From an uncultured Acidobacteriota bacterium (GTDB lineage: Bacteria > Acidobacteriota > Terriglobia > UBA7540), in the NCBI GenBank assembly GCA_963804995.1, contig CAWDSK010000003.1:1056001-1120000 (forward strand): DNA of 64,000 nt, read 5' to 3'. The notes below the pieces were generated by a model. The model had not been told where the DNA came from and did no database searches. It worked only from the letters and a program-made list of their open reading frames with translations. Every line of letters starts with the position of its first letter. Position 1 is the first letter of the stretch. Shown piece after piece: positions 42,601-53,300 of the stretch. The translations under genes were made by a program, and so were the position numbers.

Positions 42601-43166
42601 GGGGAGCTATACAGACCTGTCGCTTTGGGTACCACGCCTGGCTGCAAAGCAAGCAAATCAGTATAGGAGCGGCCATTGAGTGGCAGGGTCGTCATCTTGA
42701 CCCCTCCGATCACCTCGCCCATCTGTGTGTTGGTGGTCTCGACGTGAACAACCGTTGACGAAACATTTACCTTCTCAGTAACCTGGCCCACTTCCAGCGA
42801 AGCATCAACCCGTAGCGCGGTGTTGACGTCAAGGACAAGACCCGTCTCCACGTATTCCTTGAACCCTTGCGCCTGAATGCTGAGGTTGTAGTGGCCTACC
42901 GGGAGAGCCGGCAATGAATAGAACCCTTGTGCATTCGTTTTAGTCGATTCCTTTACGCCTGTCCCCGTATTGAGGGCCGCAACACCGGCTCCAGGAATTA
43001 CTGCACCCGAGGAGTCAGACACGGTTCCGGAAATGCTCCCCATGACGCTTCCCCATAAAATCGGCAGAGTGGTAACCAGCACGAATAGGGGAAGGACCAG
43101 GAAACCCGACGAGACGAATTGTCTCGCGAAACGGCGAAGACCAAAATACAGATTCCGGCTATTCAT
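39633..43166 (-). CDS. TonB-dependent receptor, Oar-like with carboxypeptidase-regulatory N-domain
   Basis: ISGTVSDSSGAVIPGA, LPLNGRSY, TKSGTN.FHG and NFAPRVGLAY motifs; C-terminal F. Confidence 0.93.
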   Translation of the reverse strand: MNSRNLYFGLRRFARQFVSSGFLVLPLFVLVTTLPILWGSVMGSISGTVSDSSGAVIPGAGVAALNTGTGVKESTKTNAQGFYSLPALPVGHYNLSIQAQGFKEYVETGLVLDVNTALRVDASLEVGQVTEKVNVSSTVVHVETTNTQMGEVIGGVKMTTLPLNGRSYTDLLALQPGVVPKATGLYSSPQVSGDLNPGNLSISGQREEANGFMVNGGTVEEGKFNGAAIIPNIDSIAEFRILTNNFDAEYGNYSGGLINVVTKSGTNRFHGDAFDFLRNSDMDSRNFFSPGRGTLHQNQFGGTFGGPIRRDKVFFFADYQGTRQVVGVDTGLIPVPSAQDRLGNLADAASGLTGSVSGPYFASLLSQSLGYPVTSGEPYYSSGCTSSAQCVFPNASIPQAAWAAPVSHLMPYIPTPNVGSGFFSTSAYDQTLRDDKGGARLDGNTRIGMLSGYYFMDDDSLVNPYPQSTVPGFGAISPARAQLLNLGDTKSFGGSKVNELRLSYMRNALGADKPLGGAGPSLSSLGFVTGASTPGIVPLYPPIEGVPPVSLNNFAFGMVSDYTTFNYNTYQVLNNYAIVSGTHTIKFGGDYHYAQINESSWSEANGQFVFSGTQTGDDFADFLLGAPTQYYQGLQLNVYSRSRYYALYIQDSWRAKRSLTLNYGLRWEASSPWWEEHSELETLVPGAQSVVFPTAPKGLLVPGDPGIPSTVAPTRYDNFAPRVGLAYSPRGEGRLAHKLFGDSGSTSIRAGWGMFYTSFGDAVDLNNVVGDAPYGFFWVNPAPVLFATPFIELNTGNNEGQRFPISFPPLNVSASNPDPNVNWAQYEPITNSPGFFTKNVLPVTEHYNFSVQRQFGAQTLLSISYVGTQAHHLLASLGANVGNPALCLSVSQPSQVVAGTPTCAQFGENGIYYPIGGGVINSTRSPLGPAFGSDVVFTTIANSNYNALEATLRHTSGRLEWLAAYTYSKSLDDASSYGTGGLTINPVNGHLSKGLSSFDMTHNFVASYSYELPCDKLFRENRATRGWIIAGITRFTTGLPVFISERDDHSLLGMDTGGAGQNVDTPNFTPGPMNFRDPRTRPDYFNTSLFSPGLFGQLGTASQRFFHGPGLNNWDLALTKNLRLTESKSLQIRGEFFNTFNHAQFNNPSGNFLSSVFGLVTSARSPRVGQVAMKLYF

Positions 43167-45093
43167 TGTCGTCTCTCCTTGTTAGATCTTGGTACTTGTT
43201 TAAGGCCTTCTGCTGCTCGGATAATGCCTGTCGTAGCTGCGGGACCGCTTGGTCGGCGGGGAGGGGATTATTCGTGTTCGGTAGTAAGCTGATCAGTAAG
43301 AAGTTGGCTTTTTGCACCGCAGCGAAGATGGTGAAACTCGCGTTCTGCCACTGAGAACCAGAATCCGGACTGAGGTCTGCCTTAGGGCCCTTGCCGACAG
43401 ACCCGCCGACTTCGTCAGCCGGGGTGACTTCCGCCGCAGCCTGCGGGGTATCAAAACCGGGCACACTGCGATTCGACAAGGCCTCCAAAAGGGGCCGCAA
43501 GAGTCCCTGCAAGTGGTTGGTGCCTTCGACCAGAGCGGCGATATGGTCATTGACCATTTCTTTCAGTTGCGCTCTCGCCATCAGTGTAAGTTTTCCCTCG
43601 TCTTCAGGGGGATAACGAAGAGCGAGGTTTCGCAGCGCGAAGCAGTGCGACAACGTTTCCTCACTGACTGCGAGTACCTCCCGCGTGAACGATTCCTGGG
43701 CATGCGGGTCACCGAAAATTTCCTCCAGGCGCTTCTCGTTAGGGTTGACCACGGGAGCAAAGGCAAGCGGAGGCGAAGGAGTCATCTCCGCCATCTCTTG
43801 CGACGGCAGAGGGCAGGTATCACAGGTAGGGCTGGGGGGCCTTTCGAGCACCAAGCCCGCATTGGGAATGGACGCTAACTGCTGCCGGAGCTTGGCTTGC
43901 AGTTCGGGACCAACGCTCGACGCCTCGACAATCACTTTCCCCTGGCTATCCCGATTAATTTCAATTGGTTCGCCCAGATCCGCATCCAGTTGGTGCAGCC
44001 CGTAACGCACGGCCATTTCAGTTTCCTCAGGATCGGGCGGGGGAGGCACTAACCTCTCAGTCCTTTCCGTCAGCACGGGGCGGGGGGCTTCGACACGTTC
44101 AACCGGGGCAGGTGGTTCAGCAAACACCAAGGCCTCAACCTCAGAAAGGGGTAGCACCCTGTAATCGAGCTCCGCAATCTCATATTCCCGGTCATTGACC
44201 CACAGCCGCTCCTCCACCGGATGCCAGTCCGCCGTGCGAACGACCAGTTCCGCTTTGGCAATACTATCGGCGCCGGAGTCCTCACTGCGAAGGCTGTTCG
44301 CGGCTTGGCCCCTGGCGATCGTTGTCAGCGTCAGCGACTCGGGGCCGTCATTCACACCCCTGTCCGTTGAAACCTTCGCGGGTGCGACAATATCCTGCCT
44401 CGCCGCCAGTGAATCTCGCCAGCGCGCGTACCCAGCCGCGGAGAGCGGCGCTTGCCAATCAAGCTGGTTGGCGTTGCAGATGGCCCGCAATTCGGCAAGG
44501 ACCTCCGCCGAAGACCCCGTTTGGCGGAACCGCCCGCGGGATGGATCTTCCCAGTAGTCGTAGTCCGTGCTCGCCTGTTCGGTGGATCCAGCAACTCTGC
44601 GTCGCACCCGCAACCTTTGATGCAGGACGGGGGCGGTAACTTTACGTAACTCTGCTGATTGCGCCGCCTGGGCCCGCGTCAGCAGTTCATTGGCGGAGAT
44701 GGCAGGCTGAGAGGGCAGCCAAACCAAAGCTCCCAATGCCGCCAGGACGAGAACAGCAAAAACCGCGTAACGGGGCGCCAAAACGATGGACCGAAGCAGG
44801 CGGCTCAAGCTGTTCGCTACCGATGGCTTTTGAAGCGCCTTATCCAATTCCTGCATGCGGGGATCAAGACCATCCCAGTGTCTCGGCGGGGCAGGTACCA
44901 TAGGCAGCAGAACCTTGTCGCGGAAGTCCACGATGCTCTTGATCGCCACTTGCAAGTCCTCTAACTTCGCCCGGCAGGTCCAACACGCCTCCAAGTGTCT
45001 GCGGACCCGCGCGCTTTCTCCGGAGGCCAACTCACCATCTACATAGAAGAGCAGCAGTTTGTCGGTCAGGTGGCCGTTCCCCATGCTGGTCAT
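43159..45093 (-). CDS. zf-HC2 anti-sigma factor with TM and large periplasmic domain
   Basis: HL...HLEACWTC (HxxxCxxC) and a TM helix; ATGA overlap with the sigma gene. Confidence 0.85.
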   Translation of the reverse strand: MTSMGNGHLTDKLLLFYVDGELASGESARVRRHLEACWTCRAKLEDLQVAIKSIVDFRDKVLLPMVPAPPRHWDGLDPRMQELDKALQKPSVANSLSRLLRSIVLAPRYAVFAVLVLAALGALVWLPSQPAISANELLTRAQAAQSAELRKVTAPVLHQRLRVRRRVAGSTEQASTDYDYWEDPSRGRFRQTGSSAEVLAELRAICNANQLDWQAPLSAAGYARWRDSLAARQDIVAPAKVSTDRGVNDGPESLTLTTIARGQAANSLRSEDSGADSIAKAELVVRTADWHPVEERLWVNDREYEIAELDYRVLPLSEVEALVFAEPPAPVERVEAPRPVLTERTERLVPPPPDPEETEMAVRYGLHQLDADLGEPIEINRDSQGKVIVEASSVGPELQAKLRQQLASIPNAGLVLERPPSPTCDTCPLPSQEMAEMTPSPPLAFAPVVNPNEKRLEEIFGDPHAQESFTREVLAVSEETLSHCFALRNLALRYPPEDEGKLTLMARAQLKEMVNDHIAALVEGTNHLQGLLRPLLEALSNRSVPGFDTPQAAAEVTPADEVGGSVGKGPKADLSPDSGSQWQNASFTIFAAVQKANFLLISLLPNTNNPLPADQAVPQLRQALSEQQKALNKYQDLTRRDDNE

Positions 45094-45656
45094 ATTTCTG
45101 CCCTCTTCAATTTGGAAATCGCACGACGGATGAATTCCGCGACGGTCGGCACGGTGACGCCTAGAATCTTTGCGATTTCCCGATAGCGGAAGCCCTCCGC
45201 GCGCAAATGTAAGCAAACCTGCTGCTGGGGACTCAGGGCGCTGATCGCCTCGTGAAGGGCTACGGCCCTTTCCCGCTCCAGTAAGGCCTTTTCGGGATCA
45301 GCGCCGGGGTGGGCCTGGGACTCCAGCCACCGCCCGACATCCTCCCCGCTGAGGGAAGGCCGATAGGTTTCTGCGCGCAGATGATTCATCGCCATGTTCG
45401 AGGCTACGGTGAACATCCAGGCCCGCACATTCTGGATCTGCTTGCCCTTACCGATCGTCGAATACAGTTTCAGGAAGAGCTCTTGCGTCAAATCTTGCGC
45501 CACCGAGGGTTGGGTACCCAAGGCGACTAAGTAGCGATAAATGGCGTCTCGGTTTTCCTCGTAAGCTCGCGACACAAACTCCCGGCGCGTCCCAGCAGTT
45601 TGGTAACTTTCGACACCGAACAACGCGGCCTTATTATCAACCGGGGTGGCGCTCAT
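45090..45656 (-). CDS. ECF sigma factor
   Basis: DLTQELFL, AWMFTVASN and LSPQQ..YREIAKILG motifs. Confidence 0.92.
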   Translation of the reverse strand: MSATPVDNKAALFGVESYQTAGTRREFVSRAYEENRDAIYRYLVALGTQPSVAQDLTQELFLKLYSTIGKGKQIQNVRAWMFTVASNMAMNHLRAETYRPSLSGEDVGRWLESQAHPGADPEKALLERERAVALHEAISALSPQQQVCLHLRAEGFRYREIAKILGVTVPTVAEFIRRAISKLKRAEI

Positions 45657-45914
45657 GTATTTGGTTGCTATAGTGTAAGACACTTGGCCTAGGGTTTTTA
45701 TGACACCCAACAAAACTTTTTTGGCGCAACCCCGGGACAAATGGTCCTTGACGCTATGCCCTGGCTCCGACTGCAAAGCCAAAATAGAAGGTGCTCAAGG
45801 TAGGAATCAGTGTAGGCACAGTGCGGCCGGAAGGTCATGGCCGGGCGTGACGAAATAGAATTGTGATGGCGGAAAGAGTAGTCTTACGCCCCGCCCAGGC
45901 CTGAAGGACAGACG

Positions 45915-46370
45915 CGCTACGAGGTTTGCTCCCTCGGTATCGTTATCACTATGCGTAGCGCGGTCCCCCGGTTTTGGGGTCCGCGGTTCTTCATTTGGCA
46001 AACCTGCGAATCTCAGACGGTCGCGCCGCGATTATCCCTTCGCCACGATACATCTGCTCAAGTGGCACAGGAAGAGCCGCGGACACAACGGCGGAGGTCC
46101 GCGCTACAAGAGCGCTAAATCGCCCCGACTCGTCGGGGCGCCAGCCCGCCCGGCAGGCTGATGAAGAACGGCGTAGCGGCGGGTTTACCCCGACATTTCA
46201 TGCCAAGCGATCGCGGGATGGGATGGCGGGGTAAACCCGCCGCTACGCCGCACCGGATGGGTTCTTCAGCAGCCCCACGCCCGTGGCACGACGTAGGGGC
46301 AACCCCTTGTGGGTGCCCGGAAGTCGGCCATGCCGACTCGGAGGGCAGGCACGTGGCCAGCCCCTACAAG
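45915..46370. repeat. second REP mosaic cluster
   Basis: Copy of the 36540-36750 unit, plus GTAGCGGCGGGTTTACCCCG doublet and GTAGGGGCAACCCC doublet. Confidence 0.8.
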
Positions 46371-46614
46371 CTTTGGTCCGCTGGCCCCATCCCCTCACCG
46401 ACCTCCAACCCCCACCGGGACACACTCCCCCGCTTCGGTTATCGGTGGGTTAGTACCGGAACATGAGTTTAAAATTGGCTGGAAGTTTGACAATCACCAA
46501 ACTACCCTATCGCAAAATTACTCAATGACCCGATGATCCGATGGCTCGATGGCCAGATGGCCGATCCCTTGTTCACGCGATCACCAGATCACCCGATCTC
46601 CCGATTGCCTGACC

Positions 46615-46712
46615 CCGCAGTGACCAACCGGCGAGTCTTAGGCAAGGCTGGATTTCTAAAGAGAAGAAGCTATGAAATCCTGCTCACGAAGATTGAGAGC
46701 ATTGGAGTAGGA
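46615..46712 (+). pseudogene. remnant of a bacterial PH-domain membrane protein
   Basis: AVTNRRVLGKAGFLKRRSYEILLTKIESIGV, with no credible start or continuation. Confidence 0.55.
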
Positions 46713-47230
46713 GGGCAGGGTGCCGTTCGAAGTCGCATCCAGAATCAGCATCAACCAATCCTGAAGCCCCAGCCCGGAACCTACGCCGCAGACTTGCATC
46801 AAGCCGCTTCGCCGGTCCGCGTCAGCAAGCTTGGCACCCTCTCGAACGCGGGGCATGGAAGCCGGGCTCGGCAGGGCGGGCGCTCCCACTCAGTTCATGC
46901 AGATCGGCGACTTTTTGTCATGTGGGGACATGTCCCAGTTGTTGCTCTCCGCGGGGCATAGCGAGCGAGGTCCCACTTAATTCCCAACCTTCATGCGTTT
47001 TTTTCCTATGACTTTTCACATGCGGATTCGTCGCGCTACGCTCGCTGAATATGAAGTGGGGTGCGCAAAAGCTTCGGCTGGGTTCAAAACTGTCGGGCGG
47101 ATTGCAACTGACCAGGACAAGAATCCAATCCAGCCTGCACCGCCAGCGGAACCATTTTAGAGACGCGAAGACTGCCACAACTGGCACAACAAGACGAAGG
47201 AGAAGTGGACCTCAAAGTTGATGGGGACCA

Positions 47231-48122
47231 TCACTTATTTGGGGGCGGGTCAGCAGGCTTCGCAACCACGGCGGCCTTCGCCTGGGTGCCAAGAATTTCC
47301 CGGAAACGCGCGCGCAGACTTTCTTCGGTGGAACGAATCAATTGCGCGCCGCGCGACAACATCTGCTCCATGAGGTCCGTGCGCAACCCAATCAGCGCAG
47401 ACGCTGACTCTTCATACTTCCGCTGGAGACCCTGCCGCAGGTGCTGCTCGGCGTCAACCAGGACGGCCTCCACCTGCTGGCGGAACACTTCCATGCTGGC
47501 GCGGGTAAGTTCCTCGGCCTGAGTGCGCAGGATTTCGAGAACCGACTCTACGAGTTTTTGAGAACGGTGCTCGAGGTTCGGCCAGTTTCTTTTCGATGGA
47601 AGGCGCAGCGATGGGAGGCGGCTGCGCGGGCGCAGTGGAAGGAGGCGGGAGAGGCCGGGAAGGCACTGCGGCCGGAGGGGCAGCGGCAGGAGGCGGCACG
47701 CGCGCGGGAGGTTCACCCTGCCCCGGCCGCCCTTGGATCATGTTCTTGGTGACGATCTCCCAATCAGGAGGCGGGTTAAGCACACCCCATAGGTTCTGAG
47801 GTTTTACGAGTTGCATGGCAATCTCGTGTCCGGCAACTCCCGCGGGAGGATCCCAAGCCCGGACACAGACCGCCTTGCACGCGGTGCCTGCCTTGGGGCA
47901 TTCCAGCGTAAGCTGCATGCCGACCAGGACGCGATAGGAGGTCCGGAGCTTGCACCCGTGCAGGTTCACGATGACGGTCTGAGTCAGCTCCCGATACGGC
48001 TGGCCCCCGGCATCCCGCCCTGAAATAAAGACCGGGGTAGTGAAATTAATCCGCGTGCTGCGCCTCCGGTTTGAGAAAGAGGCTTGCGAATCCGCCTTGG
48101 AGGGAAATGGCTTGTCGTTCAT
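47231..48122 (-). pseudogene. PilZ-domain protein with Pro-rich linker and coiled coil; one frameshift near 47575
   Basis: RRRSTR and VNLHGC PilZ-like motifs; KKLAE continues as LEHRSQKLVE in the 47231-47716 frame. Confidence 0.75.
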
Positions 48123-48817
48123 ATACGACCGGCCTCTCCTGAGGCGGCCGCCAGAGAAGGTCTTGACCGAGTCGGGAAGCCTTCGAGGCCTGTAGTCACC
48201 ATGCGAGCAGCGCTGTGCCGCGGTCTCCGTTCTTCAGGCAAACTTGGCTCTCGGTATTCTACCGGTTGTCGGCTCGCGAAGCAATTATTCACCAAGAGTG
48301 TTCCCTTCAAGCTACACCCGTTTTGAGAGAGATATAAACCTAATGATACGTAATCTCCGTAACCCGTGGCCACGTGTCAGGCTCGCACCACCGGGGGAAG
48401 CGGAGCATACTTCAGGACCCCCATCTTGGCAATAGCCAGCCTGGGGGGTGGTCCAAAATGATTAAGCTTTCCGCCACCAATTGGCGAGGTAAGCTCACCG
48501 CTGGCCCGGACTTCTCACCTGTGGAGGGGAAGAGCGGGGCTGCAAAGGCTGTTGTATGCAGCCGCGGGGCCTGAGGCCCTTAGTCCGAGGAATCCAGGCT
48601 TCCCGCACGGCTGGGATAGAAACCGGCCTTCGACTTGAACTTGCTCCTCCATTTGCACTGGGGCAAATACCTCTCCCTTGACAACGGGCCAATCCCTCCG
48701 CCGGACGCCATTCACCCAATCGATTGTTCCCATGAGACTTATCAAGCGTTGGAGGAGAGGCCCCCAATTCCCCAAAAGTGGCATCTCATATGCACAGGCG
48801 TATGTGTCGGGGAATTT

Positions 48818-49255
48818 ATGGAGCATATTGCCAAACTTTTCAGAGCCCTCGGTGAACCAGCGCGGTTGCGCATCGTCAGTCTGCTAGCGCGTCGAAGCCT
48901 GTGCGTCAGTGACCTGCAACTGCTCCTCAACGCCTCGCAGCCATACGTCTCCAGGCATCTGGCTTTCCTCCGCGCCGCGGGCTTGGTTCACCGCGCCCGT
49001 GTGGGGGGACTGGAACTCTATGGTTTGACCACGGCGGGGGAAACTCAGCAGTTTGTCTCGCTCGTGAATGATCTCCGGGCATGGAATCCCACGCTTCGGA
49101 TGGACCTTGAGAGGTTAGAGCAATTGGGGGTCCAAGGTACGCTTCGGGCGGACCGGTGCAGATGCCATAGCCAAGAATCGTCAGGTGCGGGTGAAGAAGC
49201 GGGGCGTACAGAACTGAACGCCTCGGCCCCATTTACAGCGGAGCAAGCAGCCTAG
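48818..49255 (+). CDS. ArsR/SmtB family transcriptional regulator
   Basis: FRALGEPARLRIVSLL..LCVSDL..SQPYVSRHLAFLRAAGLV. Confidence 0.9.
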   Translation: MEHIAKLFRALGEPARLRIVSLLARRSLCVSDLQLLLNASQPYVSRHLAFLRAAGLVHRARVGGLELYGLTTAGETQQFVSLVNDLRAWNPTLRMDLERLEQLGVQGTLRADRCRCHSQESSGAGEEAGRTELNASAPFTAEQAA

Positions 49256-49266
49256 GGAGGTACATC

Positions 49267-49650
49267 ATGAAGGTCAAGACACTGGTCTGCAATTGCAAGG
49301 GGCTCGATCCCTTCCGTCATGCCGACATGAATACGCTGGCGTTCGATATTGAATCCGAACTCGGCGTTGCCTACACCGCTGTGCACCCCCAACTTTGTGC
49401 GCAGGGTGGGAATGAGCTTCTTCAAGATGTGCTCAGCTCGGCGGAAGATGACCCCGATACTTACGTGATGGTCTGCGCCTGTGAAGAGGAAACCCAGAAA
49501 AAGCTATTCAAGAAGGCTCTGCGCAGCACGGAATTCGACGAAAAGCATTTCGTCCCCCTGGATATCCGTAATACGACCAACGACGGTATTTTGGACCGGA
49601 TTCGCGAGAGGCTGGCGGAGCTCGCCGATCCCACCAAACAACGCCATTGA
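49267..49650 (+). CDS. Cys-rich protein resembling the N-terminal domain of HdrA
   Basis: LVCNC, HPQLC..G, VMVCAC, LF and LDIR spacing parallels HdrA VCHCG / YMCS..G / VVAACS / NIRE. Confidence 0.6.
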   Translation: MKVKTLVCNCKGLDPFRHADMNTLAFDIESELGVAYTAVHPQLCAQGGNELLQDVLSSAEDDPDTYVMVCACEEETQKKLFKKALRSTEFDEKHFVPLDIRNTTNDGILDRIRERLAELADPTKQRH

Positions 49651-49682
49651 AAGGTCCAATTGAATAACCGGTCTGGTTATTC

Positions 49683-50007
49683 GTGCGATTGGTGAAGGAA
49701 GGACTAATGCCTCCATTCAAAAGTCTACGGGCGAGTATCCCCTGGTTCCCCAGCATCGACTACGATGCCTGCCTAAAGGACCTGAAGTGCGTCAATTTCT
49801 GCCCGCACGAAGTCTTTGAATGGGACGTCGATACCGGCCGGCCAGTTGTGGCGCATGCCCTGCGCTGCCTTCCCGGCTGCACAATATGCCTCGAACGGGT
49901 GCGACACCGGCGCCCTTTCCTTGCCGACCAAACAAGAATTCCAGGCTACGTTCGATAAGTTGCGCGGCAAGGAAACGAAACCCTCGCCCCCAAGCCCTCT
50001 GCCTTAA
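49683..50007 (+). pseudogene. 2x[4Fe-4S]-type ferredoxin, frameshift near 49897
   Basis: CLKDLKCVNFCP and CLPGCTICL-(shift)-GCDTGALSLP. Confidence 0.78.
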
Positions 50008-50355
50008 GCCGCAAAGCGCGTTCCCTCTTAATTGCGAATGTCACTCATGGGTTAGCATTGACGACAGGTAGGTTCCTCAGACAGGCTGCCCAATCTTTTG
50101 CGACTTCTTGTAACCGCAGCACTGCACAACCAGCCATTTTGTCCTGTCGAACTAACCACATGGTAAATATCGCTTGCATGGATCTGCGACCCTCGCTTAG
50201 AATCGCGAGCGAAGTTCGGACGGGTTAAGGCACGTTCGCTTGATGTCAGAAACGATGTTGCAGTTCCGTGATTACGGCCATTTATTCTAAGATTGCTCCT
50301 CTCCAGGATGCGTGCCCGTCGCCTAAGGGATAGTCGCTCTCCACCCAGAGGCGTC

Positions 50356-53300
50356 ATGAAAATCTCACCTTCGCTCTTCACCGCTCTCTTTTCCATCGGC
50401 ATGTTCTTGCTCCCGGCGAATGTGCAGGCCGAAACAGGACCAGTTCGCGCGCGGGTCACTCAACCGGTGGACATGCAGAACCTGGTCACGTTGCGCGGGA
50501 ATACTCATCCACTGGCGCGGACCGAATACGATCAGGGTGTCGCACCCGACAACCTGGCTATGTCTCGGATGCTGCTGGTATTGCAGCGGGGGAAGGATCA
50601 GGAATCCGCTCTGCGACAACTTCTGGATGACCAGCAGATGAAATCCTCTTCACGGTTTCATCAGTGGCTCACGCCCGAACAATTCGGAGAACAATTCGGC
50701 CCCGCCGATGCGGATATTCAGGCCATCATCGATTGGCTGACGACGCAAGGCTTTCTGGTAACGAAGGTTGCAGCAGGCCGCACGGTCATCGAGTTTTCCG
50801 GCACGGCGGGTTTAGTACGGCAAGTTCTGGGTACGGAGATTCACAGATATCGTGTGAACGGCGAGGATCACTGGGCGAACACAAGCGACCCGCAAATCCC
50901 TGCTGCATTGGAGCCGGTGGTAGCGGGCTTCGCCTCGCTCAACAATTTCCCCAGGAAGCCCATGCACCAAAGCCTGGGCACCTTTTCGCGGTCAAAGGCA
51001 ACCGGCAAGGTACAGCCGCTGTTCACCTATGAAGTTTCGGGTGGCTACTACCTTGCCGTTGGCCCCACCGATTTCGCCACGATCTATAACGTGTTACCCC
51101 TCTGGAATGCAGGTACGGACGGCAGCGGACAGACGATCGCGGTGGTGGGCGAGACAAATATCAATATCCAGGACGTGCGAGACTTCCGCAACATGTTCGG
51201 CCTGCCCGCAAAGGATCCGATCATCATCCTGAATGGTCCCGACCCTGGGATCAACGGCGAAGAGGTGGAGGCTGACCTCAACGTCCAGTGGTCCGGAGCG
51301 GTGGCGAAGGGGGCCACCATTGATCTCGTGGTCTCGGAATCGACGGAGGCCTCTGCGGGCATCGACCTCTCAGCCCTCTACATCGTTGACAACAACTTGG
51401 CGCCGGTCATGAGCGAGAGCTACGGTTCTTGCGAGGCCTCCCTGGGGGTAGGTGGCAATCAATTCTACAATACGCTCTGGGAGCAGGCCGCCGCACAGGG
51501 CATTACCGTGCTGTTGGCGGCAGGCGACTCCGGCTCTGCGGGATGTGACAGCGCGATCGCCGGCGAAACCATCGCCAGATACGGCTTGGCCGTAAGCGGA
51601 TTGGCTTCCACGCCCTTCAACGTGGCAGTGGGGGGAACGGACTTCAATGACGCGAACAACCCCACCACTTATTGGTCTCTGACAAATACACTCCCCTCTC
51701 AGTCCTCCGTCAAGTCCTACATTCCCGAGAGCACTTGGAACGATTCCTGCGCGGCCTCCGGGTCGCTCACCGGCTGCAGCCCTCCGCCCAACTCTGACTA
51801 TCTCAGTCAAGGTTTCTATCTGGTCGCCGGCGGCGGTGGGCCCAGCAGTTGTATCAATCCCACTGGCACGTTTCCGAGTGTCACCTGCAGTGGAAGCTAC
51901 CCCAAACCTTCCTGGCAGAGTGGACTGGGAGTGCCCAATGACGGCGCGCGCGACATCCCGGACGTGTCGCTGTTTGCGGGCAACGGCCTGAATTACAGTT
52001 TCTACGTTATTTGCCAAATGGATGCCAACGCCAGTGCCGGAGGCGATTCGTCATCCTGCGATCTGAACTCTCCCTACACGGATTTTCAAGGCGGTTCGGG
52101 AACCTCGGCGTCGACGCAAACCTTCGCCGGTATCATGGCGCTGGTGAACCAGCGCTACGGCCGTCAGGGCAATGCCAATTATGTCCTGTACCCCATGGCG
52201 GCCAAGAGCGGCGCGAGCTGCAATTCCAACCCGGCTAATGTAACGAATTCCAGTTGCGTCTTCTACGACGTGACAGTGGGGAATAACTCGGTAATCTGCC
52301 TTTTGGGTTCGCCAAACTGCAGTAGCGCCCCGACACAATACGGCATTATGATTTCAGGCAATCCTGCTGCGGCTGCCTACCCTGCTACTCCCGGCTATGA
52401 CCTGGCCACCGGATTGGGTTCCGTCAATGTCGCGAATTTGATCAACAACTGGACATCCGTTAGCTTCACGGCAAGCACCACAACCCTTTCGCTTTCCACC
52501 AACCCTGCCACCAATCCGATCTCTTTGACGCACGGGCAGCCGATCAATTTCACCATCCAGGTTATTTCCGGCAGCGGGACGCCCGCAGGAGATGTCTCGC
52601 TCATTGCGCAAACCAGTACCAGTCAGAGCACCGGCATCGGACCGTTTACGCTCGGTGGCGGCAGCGTTTCCGGTGCGACTGTGATGCTTCCCGGCGGAAA
52701 TTACACCGTCACAGCGCATTACGCGGGGAATGGAACCTTCGCGGCAAGCGATTCCTCCCCGGGAATCCAAGTTACGGTAGGCAAGGAAAGCAGCCTGACC
52801 AGCGCGGAGTTGGTGACCTTCAATGCCAACACAGGGGCTCCCTCTTACGGGGTTACAACGACTCCCTATGGGTCACCTTACGCGCTCCGCATGAATGTTA
52901 CGAACAGCAGCGGTCAGCCCTGCGCAAGTCCGGTCACGGGATTGATTGCTTACCCATGCCCAACTGGAGCCTTAACCGTGTCTCCGGCGCCCACCGACGA
53001 GAATCCTCCCCCGGGCACGGTTCCCGGACACTATGCTTTGAACAGCCAAGGCTACGCCGAAGATATACCCATCCAGCTTCTCCCGGGAACGTACCCATTC
53101 GTCGCCAGCTACACGGGCGATAATAGCTACAATTCCAGCATATCCCCCTCGATTCCAATTACGATTACCCAAGCCCCGACTACAATCGGGATCACCGCCC
53201 CGGCATCCGTCGCCGGGCCGAACGAAGTTTCTCTTACTGCAACTATTACCACCCTGAGTAACGGTGTAGGTCCGACTGGGACGGTGCAATTCTTTAACGC

